NCBI GenBank assembly: GCA_014905635.1
Contig: JABVCE010000045.1
Location: forward strand, 111,037-131,036
Direction of reading: 5' to 3'
From: Scenedesmus sp. PABB004
Lineage: Eukaryota
DNA length: 20,000 bases
The notes beneath the pieces are model-generated. The model searched no databases. It was not told the DNA's origin and was given only the letters and a program-made list of their open reading frames with translations. Made by a program: the position numbers and the translations under genes. This document shows, piece after piece, positions 7,993-18,000 of the stretch (the stretch's first letter is position 1; each line of letters opens with the position of its first letter).

Positions 7993-10409
7993 TCAGCCCG
8001 CCACGGGGCGTTGGCGGGCGGGCCGCTGGGCGCGCGGCCGCCGCCGCGGCCGCCGAAGCCGCCGCCGCGCGGGCCGCCGCGCGGGCCGCCCCGCCCGCCC
8101 TCGCCCCGGCCCTCGCCGCGGCCGCTGCCGCCCCAGCCGCCGCCGGGCGGGCCGCCGCCGCCGCCACCGCCGCGGCCGCCGTAGCCGCGGCCGCCGGGCG
8201 GGCCGCTGTAGCCGCCGCCGCCGCGGCCGCCGGGGCGGTCGTACGAGCGGCCCCGCCCGCTGGTGGTGGGGACGACCACAAACTGCCGCGGCGGCGCGCC
8301 GGGCCCGCCGGCGGGGCCGCCGCGCTCGGGCGCGGGGGAGCCGTCGCCGCGCGGCGGCGCCTGCTGCGGCGGCCCGCCCGCGGGCGCGCCGGCGCCGGGC
8401 GCGGCCGCCGGCTGCTGCTGGGGCGGCGGCGCGTGCGCGCCGGGCCGCGCGCCGGGCGCCGGGCCGGCCCCGGGCGCGCCGCCCGCCGGCGCGCCGCCCG
8501 CCGGCGCGCCGCCCGCCGGCGCGCCGCCCGCGGGCGCGGCGGCCGGCGGCGGGCCGCGGTAGCTGCTGCTGGGCGGCTGCCGGTAGAAGCTGCTCGGCTG
8601 CGCCGCGGGCGGCGGCGCGCCGTAGCCGGCGCCAGGCGCGGGCGCGGGCGCCGCGGCGCCGGGCGCCGCGGCCCCGGCCGCCGCGGGCGGGCCGCCCGCG
8701 GCGGGCGGCGGCGTGGAGGGCTTGCTCGGCTCCGCCGCCGCGGCGTGCTGGCTGAACAGGCTGTGCTCCAGGGCGCTCACGGTCATGGGCTTGGCCGCGG
8801 GCGGCGGCGCGGGCGCGGCCGGCGCGGGCGGCGGCGCGCCGGGCGCTGCCGCGCCGGCCGCGCCCGCGGGCGGCGGCGCGCCGCGCAGGCCCGCCGCGTG
8901 CGGCGCGGGCCCCGGCCGGGCCGCGGGCGGTGGCGGCCCGGCCGCCGCGGGCGGCGCGGCGCCGGGGGCGGCCGCCGCGGGCGCGCCGCCGGGCGGGCCG
9001 GCGTGCACGGGGTGCGGCGGTCGCGCGTGCGCGCCGGGGTGCCCCGGCGGCGGTGCGACCGCGCCCGGCGCGCCCGGCAGGTGGGGCGGCGGCGCGTGCG
9101 CGCCCGGGTGGTGCGGGGGCGCCAACATGCCCGGGTGGGGCAGCGGCACCTCCGGCACCAGCTTGACAAAGGAGCAGCCCATGATGGCGTCCAGGCGCTT
9201 GCGCACGGCGCCCACTGCGCGCACGGCGGGGCGCGCCGGGCGCGCGGCGGCCGTGAGCGGGGCGCGGGCGCGGGCGCGGGCGCTGGCGTGGCGCGGCGCC
9301 GCAGCAGTCGCCGCGGCTCGCTCGCTCACCGGTGAGGCCGGGCACCTCCTTGACGAGTCGCGCGCTGTCGTCGCCCTGGAGGAAGGCCTGCGACCGCAGG
9401 CCGCGCGCGCGGAGCGTCGGCCCGCCGCCCCCGGGCAGCGCGGGCCCGCCGCCCGCCGCGCCGCCGCGGCCCAGCGCCGCGCACCTGCGCCGCGGCCTGG
9501 CAGCTCGCCAGGCCCTGCTGGTGGCTCATGCGGCTGCCGTAGGGGCGGCCCATCAGCAGCCGCCCCGCCGCCGCCAGGGCCACCAGGTCGCCGTCGGTGA
9601 GCCGCAGCTGCGCGGGCGGGCGCGCGCCGGCGCGGGTCGGCGCGCGCGCAAGCAAACGCGCGCCGGCGCCGCGCGCGCGCGCCGCGCGCGCGCACCTCGG
9701 GCGCCACCGACACGCACGCGCCGCGCTCCACGTGCGCCACGTAGCCCTTCTCCAGGTCAAACAGCTGCGCGGCAGGCAGCGGCGGGCGGCGGCGGGCGGG
9801 CGGTCGCGCGGCGCGGCGCGCCCCGCGGCACCGGCTCGCTGCGGCGCCGGCTCGCTGCGGCGCTGGCGCGACTGCTGCTGCCTGCTGCTGCTGCCGCACC
9901 TGGGCAAAGTAGAGCAGCTCCAGGACCTTCTCCACGTCCGGCTTGGCGTCGGCCTTGTCCGCCGCCTTGGCGTCGGTCGCCGTCGCCTTGTCCTCGGCCT
10001 CCGGCGCCGCCTTGGCCGCGGCGGCGGCGGCCTTGGCCGCCTCCTCGGCCGCGCGCGCCGCGGCCGCCTCCTGGCGCGCCGCGCGCTTGGCAGCGGCCGC
10101 CTCGGCGGCGGCCGCCCCCGCCGCGCGGCTCGCGGCGGCCTCCTCCGCCACCGCGGCCGGCAGCAGGGCGGACAGCTTGTCCAGCTCGTCGATGACCGCC
10201 ACCAGCGCGGGCTTGGCACCCAGCAGGACGCGCTGCTCCTCGTTGAGCTCCTTGCCCTGCGCCTCCGCGGCCTCCACGTCCTCGATCTTGCGCAGCTTCT
10301 TGCGGCACGCGCGCAGGCGCTTCGCCACGACCGTGATGACCGGCCCCTCGACCGCCGGCGCGGGCTCCGGCTCCGGTGCCGGCGCCTTGGGCTTGCGCGC
10401 GCCCGCCAT
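7993..10409 (-). CDS. Caprin-like / plant At1g27090-type glycine-rich RGG-box RNA-binding protein, about 660 aa, 5 exons
   Basis: Exons 10409-9900, 9764-9696, 9607-9485, 9387-9330, 9214-about 7993; all introns GT-AG and phase-compatible. Motifs GPVITVVAKRLRACRKKLRKIE...GKELNEEQ...K..LV.VIDEL, LLYFAQLFD, HVERGAC and RP....SH...L..C resemble, from recall, the plant At1g27090 family and the Caprin N-terminal helical region. A Pro/His/Ala-rich disordered middle leads to C-terminal RGG/YGG repeats. The 3' end is uncertain because the TGA at 7993-7995 is one base out of frame. Confidence 0.8.
8473..8532 (-). repeat. 15-nt tandem repeat (about 4 copies) encoding AGGAP units
   Basis: GGCGCGCCGCCCGCC repeated on the plus strand within the last Caprin-like exon. 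Confidence 0.8.
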
Positions 10410-11696
10410 GCTGGCCGCTCGCCGCGCCGGCGCCGCTGGCGTGCTCAGGGGGGACGGACGGCCTGATCGCGGTCCGCGCGAGCAAGCAGCCGCAGCGCAC
10501 GCGCAGGGAGCGCGCAGAGAGCCGCCGCGATCCGCCGCGACCTGCTGCTCGCGACCGCTGCTGCTCGCGTCACACCGGCCGGGCGCGGGCGGTGCCGTTA
10601 CTGCGCGGCGAGAGGGGGGAGCACGAGGGGGCGCCGGCGGGCTGGGCGGTGCTGCGGCGGCGGCGGCACAGCGGCGGCAAACCGCAGCGCGCCAGCGGCG
10701 CACCCGCCCGGGCCCCCCGCGGCAATCGCTCGCCGCGTCATTATTATTACTCCTGTGCACCGCCGCCGCCGCGCGGGTTCGTTCATTGTCGCGCCAAGTG
10801 ATCAGGCTTGCACGCGCGTGCCGTCAGCGGCCGGGTCGGCGGCCGGGCGCCCCGCCACGCGCCGCCGCCGCCCCCCGCACGCAGCAGCAGCAGTAGTTAT
10901 GCAACACACGTGCGCACACAGTCTTTGGGCCGCGCGCGAGCACACACGCGGGCGCACACACACGCCAAGCCCGACGCACATAGCGCGCGCTCAAGTGGGG
11001 AGGGCTGCTCTGCCAGACGCACACCGCCGCGACGCGCGCACACAGATTCGCCCCAGACCAAGCAATCGCTCGCACCAACGGCGCCTCCCACAAGCGTCCG
11101 TGCGCTCGGGCTGGCTTGTCCGCGCGCCGCCCGCACGCACACGTTCACTCAAGTGCCCCCGCGTCGTCGTGCAAAACGGCGCGCGTGCGCCAGCGTCCTG
11201 CCTGTTGTGACACGCGATGCCCCCGCCCCCTGTGCAGCGCCCAGGCAGCGCGCGCGCCCCGCCTGCTGCGGCGGGGCGCCGCGGCCGCTGGAATCCCCAC
11301 ACCCAGCTGTGCGGTGCGGCGCCGCCGCTGCACGGCAGCGTGCGGGCCGCACGCGCGCGGGCGTGCACCGCCGCCGGCACCCCCCGGCGGCCGCCGCTGC
11401 CCACTCGCACACGCGCGCCCCCAGCCTGGCCTCGCCTGGCCTCGCCTGCGCGACCGCCCCGTCGCGCCCTGCCCCCGCTGCTGCTGCTAGCCTACCAGGG
11501 AGCGCCGGGCACGTTGGTGTTTGCCGTGCGAGCGCAGACGCAATGGTGGTGATGTGTTGGGACCCAGGGGAGCAAAAGCGCGAGGCGGGTGAGCAATCTA
11601 GGCCCCACATAGGAGCCACAGTGCTGGAGGCATGCTCAGACGTGCGTGGCAACAATCAGCAGCGCGGCACGCGTGCCGCGCGCGCGCCGCAGCGGC

Positions 11697-12442
11697 TCAG
11701 GACGCAGCCGCGAGCGCCGCGGCCGGCCAGGCCCGCATGCCGTGCGCGCGCTCCTGGCTGCACGCGAGCGCCTGGGGCTGCGCGCCGCCGCGGCGGAGCT
11801 GGGCGCCGGCATGGGGGTGCTTCACCGGCCGCGCGCCCCCGTCGGCCACCGCCGCCGCCGGCGCCGCCGCCGGCAGGGGTACGGCCGCTGCGAGTGCTGC
11901 GCCGCCGCCGTGCCGGCCGGCAGCCGGCTCGGTCAGCCGCGGCCGGCGCGGGCGGCTGGCCCCGCCGGCGACGATGGCGCCGCCGCCGCGCCTGCCGCCG
12001 GCGCTCAGGCTGGCCGGCGCTGGCGGGCCGCTCGGCGCCGCCCGCAGGGGGCGGCGGCCCTTCAGCGCTGGCGGCGCGCTCACCGCCAGCGCGCTGAGCA
12101 CCGTGCCGCTGGCCTCGGTCGTCGGCTCATCGTCGCCGCTGTCGTAGAGGGGCGGGCTCGGCCCAGCAGCCGCCGGCCGCCGGCCGCCGCCCAGCAGCGC
12201 GCCGCCAGGGCTGCCAAACCTGCGGCGGCGGCGGCGGTGCGTGGGGGCGGGAGCAGGCGAGTTAGAGCGGCAGGGAGGGCGCGCAGCCCGCCCCGTGCGC
12301 AGGACGGCCGGGGCCACGTGCTGATTGCTGCACGGCGACGCGCTGCTCACCAGGCCCGATTCATCGCCCGGTAGACATCGGCGTCCGCGGGGCGCGTCGT
12401 TGGGCACATCATGCTGGGCTGCCGCGAGGCGGCGGCGCCCAT
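11697..12442 (-). CDS. Small hypothetical protein, about 204 aa, 2 exons, with an N-terminal MGAAAS myristoylation-like motif
   Basis: Start context GCAAAATGG. Exon 1 is 12442-12351; a phase-2 GTGAGC...CCGCAG intron (12350-12220) has a CTAAC branch motif at 12261-12265; exon 2 is 12219-11697 (TG|G joins to W-FGSPGG...LYDSGDDEPTTE). The total is 615 nt ending in TGA. Confidence 0.55.
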
Positions 12443-12803
12443 TTTGCGCGCTGGCTGCGGGGCCCGGTGATGGTGCCCGGCCTGCGCCGCCTCGCGACCC
12501 GCTCGCGCCCGCGAGGCTTGGGAGAAGGGGGTGGCCCGCAGAACCGGCTGAAGGCGGCCGCCGGGGGCTTTGCGCAGCCGCTTGGGCAGCTCGCGGCGCG
12601 TGGAGGCGCGAGGCGACGTCCTGCGGCCGCGGAGCACCCTCGCGGCCCGACCCTGATCGCTCTCGTCCACCCTGCACGCGGGGGGCGCCCGGGAGCAGCA
12701 GGGCCAGCCGGCGGGCGCGCAGGGCTTTGCGGGCCGCTGCGCCGCAGGCCGCCGGGGCGCGCGGCGCAGGCCGCCTGGCCTCATCATCGGGCCATCATCG
12801 TCG

Positions 12804-12808
12804 TTACA
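12804..12808 (-). promoter_or_regulatory. Possible TGTAA poly(A) signal of the starch synthase gene
   Basis: First minus-strand TGTAA found downstream of the SS3 stop, about 745 nt away. Confidence 0.3.
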
Positions 12809-13550
12809 CAGCTCAACGAATCACACGCCGCCGCCCCCTGGTGCCGGCGGCGGGCCTCCTCGCTCCCTGCGCCGCCTGCTGCGCGGCGCCGCGGCGCGCG
12901 CGTGGTGACCGCTGCCGCCCGCCCGCGTGCGGAGCAGGCAGCCTTGGAGCTGCAGCGCCAGCAGCAGACTGCACGCGCGCGCCGGCGGCGCCTCGCGGCC
13001 GCGGCCAAGGGGGACGCACACTCCGTATGCATGGTCGTGACTGTGCGTTGCGAATCATCCCGCGCGGCCCGGCAAAACTCGCGCGCGCGCTCCCCCGAAA
13101 ACTGCCATCGGCCCCACGGCCCCGCGCACGCGCGCCAGCCGGCGGCGGCGCGCGCCCCGGCGCGGGCGCAATATGCCCCGCGCCCGCGACGCGCGCGCCC
13201 TGGGTGTGCCAGGCGGCACGCGCACCGTGCCCGCCCGCCACCCGACCGCGCCCGCCGGCGCCACCCCTGGTGCTGTTAGTGGTGGTGATGCGACCAGTGC
13301 GTCCCGGGGCGCCCCGCCCCGCCCCGCCCCGCCCCGCCGCGCCCCGCCGCGCCCCGCCCGGACCCCGCCCAGCCCGGCGCTGCCGGCCGCCCCCGGCCGC
13401 GGCTCCCTGCATGCCTTACGCGCGATGCCATACGGTGTGTGTGCAATGGCTTGGCGCTGCCGCTGCCGTCCAGTGTGTACATGACGCACCCCCCGCCCGC
13501 CCGCCGGCCCGCCCGAGCTTAGCTTGAGCTCGGCTCGGCTCGGCTCGGGC

Positions 13551-14979
13551 TCAGCTGCGCAGCGTCGAGTAGTAGAGCTCGACGTAGTCCATGGCCGGCC
13601 GGTTCCACGACCAGTCCTGCAAGCGGCGGCGGCGGCGGCGGCGGGGTGAGGCGCGGCGGCGGGGCGAGGCGCGGCGGCGGGGCGAGGCGCGGCGGCGAGG
13701 CGAGGCGCGGCGGCGAGGCGAGGCGCGGCGGCGCGGCGAGGCGCGGCGCGGCGAGGCGCGGCGAGGCGCGGCGCGGCGCAGCGGGTGCGCGGCGGGTGCG
13801 GCGGGCGTCGCACCTGGCGCATGATGCGGGCCTGCAGGCTGCGGAACCAGCGGCGGTCGTTGTAGTAGGCGTCGATGGCCCGGTTGAGCGCGTAGTCCAG
13901 CCCGCCCTCGTCCATGCCCTGCGGCGCGCACGCGGCACGTGAGGCGCGGCGCGCGAGGCAGCCGCCGCGCAGCGCGCGGCGCGGCGCGCGCAGCACGCGA
14001 GGCGCGCGGCACGCGAGGCGCCGCGCCGCACCTCGAAGGCGAAACCGTTTGTCTCGTCGACCTTGTCGCGCATGTAGTCAAAGCTGCCCGCGACCTCCCA
14101 CGCGGCGCGGGGCTTGTCGTTGTCCACGTCAAACACCGTGTCGCGCAGCCCGCCCGTGTGCCGCACGACCGGCACCGCGCCGTAGCGCATCGCGATCAGC
14201 TGCGCGGCGGGTGTGTGTGTGTGTGTGGGGGGGGGGTGAGTGAGGTCAGTGTGGTGAGTGAGGTCAGTGTGGTGAGTGTGGTGAGTGTGGTGAGCAAGAG
14301 AGCGAGCGGGCGAGCGCAGGCGGGCGAGGGCAGGCGGGCGCGCCCCCGCGCGCCGCCCTGCGCGCGTCGCGCCGCGCGTCGCGCGTCGCCGCGCGCCGCG
14401 CGCCTGGGTGAGGCCGCAGGGCTCAAACATGCTCGGCACGAGGATGATGTCGGCGGCGGCGTAGATGAGGTGGCTCAGCGGCTCGTCGTAGGCAAAGACA
14501 AAGCCCGCGTCCTTCTGGTGCCCGTTGCCGAGCTCGCCGTTGAGCGCGTCAAACTCGGCCTGCACCTTGGGGTCGGGCGCGCTGCCGAGCAGCACAAACT
14601 GGCACCCGCGCTCGAGCGCCTGCGGCGCGGCGCGGCGCGCGTGGGGCGCGGCGGCGCGCGTGGGGCGCGGCGGCGCGCGTGAGGCGCGTGGGCGCGGCGC
14701 GCGCGCGGCGGCGACGGCGCTCCCGCCGCGCCTCGCGCCCCGCTGCTCCTCCCGCGGCCCTCGACGCGCCGCCGCTGCTCCCCCCTCCCTCCCCCTGCCC
14801 CTCCCCCGCTCCCTCTCTCCCCCGCGCCCTCCCCGCACCTTGTAGGCGGCGTGCTTGATGAGGTGCACGCCCTTCTGCGGCGTGAGCCGGCTCACCACCG
14901 CCACGATCGCCTTGTCCTCCCACTGGCTGATGCCCACGCGCTTGCGCAGCTCCTCGCGCGCGCTGCGCGGGCGCGGCGC

Positions 14980-15022
<43 letters not shown>

Positions 15023-18000
15023 GGCGGGCGGGGGTGTGAGTGCGGGGGAGGGACGGCAGGGCGCGCGCGCGTGCGCGGCGCGGCGGAGCGGAGCTGCGCG
15101 CGGCGGGTGGTGGTGGTGGCGGGGTTCAGGGGCCGGCCCCGCGGCGCGCGGCGCGCGGCCGCACCGCTTCTTGCCCTCCTCCGCGGTGTCGGCGTTGTAG
15201 GGCAGCGGCAGGAAGATGCTCTCCTCGGGGCTCCACAGCTCCGTGTCGATGCCGTTGCTGCGCGGCGCGGCGCGACGCGGGCGACGCGGGCGCGGCGGCA
15301 GAGGCGGGGTTTAGGGTTCGACGCGGCGGCGGCGCGGGCGCGGGTGCACGCCCGGCGCTGCCTCTCTGCCCCAAACCCTCAACAAAAGCCCTAAACCCTG
15401 CGCCCCTCGAGCTCCACCCCTGCTAAACCCTCAAACCCTCAAACCCTAAACCCCTCCACCCTCAAATCCCTAAACCCCCAACCTCAACCGCGCGCACCGG
15501 ATGCCCATGAACTTGCCGCCGTGGTCGGCGATTGCGGGGTGCCCGCCGACCTCGTTGGCGTAGGTGGGGCTCACGGTCGTGAAGCGCTGGCAGTACGCGG
15601 CCGCCTCGGCGATCTTCTTCTGGCCGTAGTTCATGTTGTGGATCGTGAACACGACCTGGGGGGGGGGGAGCGGCAGGGCAGGGTTTGTGTGTTAGTGTTT
15701 TGGGGGGGGGGGGGGGGGGCAGCAGCCACGCGCAGCCACGCGCAGCCGCGCGCAGCCGCATGCCAGCCGCGCCAGCCGCGCAGCCCGCGCCCACGCCCCC
15801 CCCCCCCACCTTGGGCTTGCCGAGGCCGTAGGGCTGGTAGTCCTCCCAGAAGGCCTTGGCCGTGTGCGCGGTGGACCAGTCGTGGCAGTGGATGATGTCC
15901 GGCTGCCGCGCCGTCTTGAGCAGGAACTCGAGCGCGGCCTTGCAGAAAAAGTCAAAGCGCACCTGCGTGGCGGCGGGCAGGGTGGGGGGGGGGGGGGTGA
16001 GGGGTCAGGGCGGGCGGCGGGCGGCGGGCAGGGCGCGCGGCGGGCGTGGGGCAGGGCGGAGAGGGCGGCGGCGGACGGGGCGCGGCGCCGCGCAGCCCCG
16101 CCCCCCCACGACCCCCGCGCGCGCCCCTGCGCCCCGCCGCCCCTGCGCCCCGCGCCCAAACCCCCCGCGCCGCGACGCCCGTGCCCTACACCCCCGAGGC
16201 GGCGCGCCGCGCCTCGTCGTCGTAGCGCCCGTACACGGTGGGCGTGTCGAAGAAGCCGTTGCGGGGCTCGATGAACCACACGCGCACGCCCTCGACCATG
16301 GCGGTGCTGACAAAGATGCGCGTGCCGCCCCAGTCAAACTCGGTCTCGTAGCGCATCTGCCCCGCGAGCACGGGGGACTGCAGGAAAAAGTTGTACCTGC
16401 GCGGGGTTTAGGCGGTGGGGGGGGGGCAGGGTTGAGGGGTCAGGGGGAGGGGAGCGGAGGCGGGTGTGGGTGTGGGTGTGGGTGGGTGTGGGGGTGTGGG
16501 GCGCCTGCGGAGAAGCGAGAGCGCGAGGCCGCGGGCGGGCGGCAGCGCGAGGCCACGGGCGGGCGGGCGCGGGCGGGCGGGCGGCGGGCGGGCGGGCGGG
16601 CGGGCGGGGGCGCGGCGCGGCGGTGTTGCGGCGCGGGCCGCTCACCGCGGCAGGATGACCTCCACCTGGTGCCCCTCCTCCTGCACCGCGCGGCCGATCG
16701 CCGTCACGACGTCGCCCAGGCCGCCCACCTGCGGCGGCGCGCGGCGCGGCGCGCGCTTCTCAGCGCGGCGCGGCGCGGCTCGGCGCAGCCCGGCTCGGCG
16801 CGCTGGCGGGGTGCGCCGGCGCGCCGCGGGGGCGTTGGTTCGCGCCGCCGCGCGCCCGTGCCGCCGCTGCGGTGCGGGGCCCCTGAACCCCCAACCCCTA
16901 AACCCTTATCCCCCCCTCCCCAGCCCCACCTTGGCAATGGGCGCCATCTCCACCGCGATGTGCACCACGTGCAGCCGCCCCGGCATGGTGCCCTGGGGGG
17001 GGGGCAGGGGGCAGGGGGCAGGGGGCAGGGGGCAGGGGGCAGGGGGCAGGGGGCGCGTGAGCAAGCAGCAAGCTGGGCGCTGGGCCCGTCGCGCCGCCGG
17101 GCGTAACGCAAAAAAGTGACGACATAACATAACGCCCACCCCCGCCCCCGACATAACGCACACCTTGCCGCCGGTGATGGGGAGGTGGTAGTCGAAGCCG
17201 CCGCGGTTGTCGTACGCGCCGTCGCCGCCGGGCACGTCGCTGAACACAAAGTCGAGCTGCAGTGCGTCCTTGGGCACGGTGAAGCGGATCTGCGCGAGCG
17301 TGGTGTGGTGCACGCGGCGGGGTTTAGGGGTGGAGGGTTTAGGGGGTGAGGGGTTGAGGGGTGGAGCAGGCGGGGCGGTTTGGGGCGAGGCGAGGGTTGA
17401 GGGGTGAGGCGAGAGGGCCGACGGCGGGCGGGCGGCGGGCAGTGCGGCGCGGCGCGGCGCGGCGCGGCGCGGCGCGGCGCGGCGCGGCGCGCGCCTGCCA
17501 GTGCCGGCCGTTGGGCCCCGGCGGGCGCATCGCGGCGGGGCCGAGCGAGCGCTTGTGGCTCCAGCGGTTGAAGCCGCCCGTGAAGTACACCTGGCTGCGG
17601 CGCGAAACGCAAACGCACGCGCCGGGCGCGGGCGGCGGGGACGTGGGCGCGCGGCGGCGCGCGGCGCCGCGCAGCGCGCGCCCCGCGCCGAGCCCCGGTC
17701 CCCCCCCTGCCTGCCGCCCCTCCTGGCCGCCCGCGTGCCCCTCCCCGTGCCCCCCTGCCGCCGCACCTGCAGCCCGCGAGGGGCGTGTCGTCGGGCGAGT
17801 AGTAGACCGTCACGCGCTCGCCCGCCTGGATGACCTCCGGCTCGGTGAACATGACGTGCTTCATCTGCCGCCGCAGCACCGCCTTGGCCTTGTCCTGCGG
17901 GCGAGCGGGGGGCGCAGGGGTGCAGAGTTTGAGGGTCCAGGGTTTGTGAGCGCGCGGGGGCGGGGGCATGGCAGGAGGGGGAGGGAGGAGGGGGGGGGGG

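Noticed and set aside
5724..10760. 1678-aa minus-strand ORF as a single protein
   Set aside because: It concatenates Caprin-like exons, read-through introns and the antisense shadow of the 5554-7460 gene. Stop codons are rare at this GC content.
10722..11073. 12-nt direct repeat GCAATCGCTCGC at 10722 and 11062 as a promoter motif
   Set aside because: Only two short copies; cannot be told apart from chance without genome-wide statistics.
12443..13550. Additional gene between SS3 and the small orphan
   Set aside because: The ORFs are Arg/Ala/Pro-rich shadows with no consistent splice model; more likely SS3 3' UTR plus promoter.
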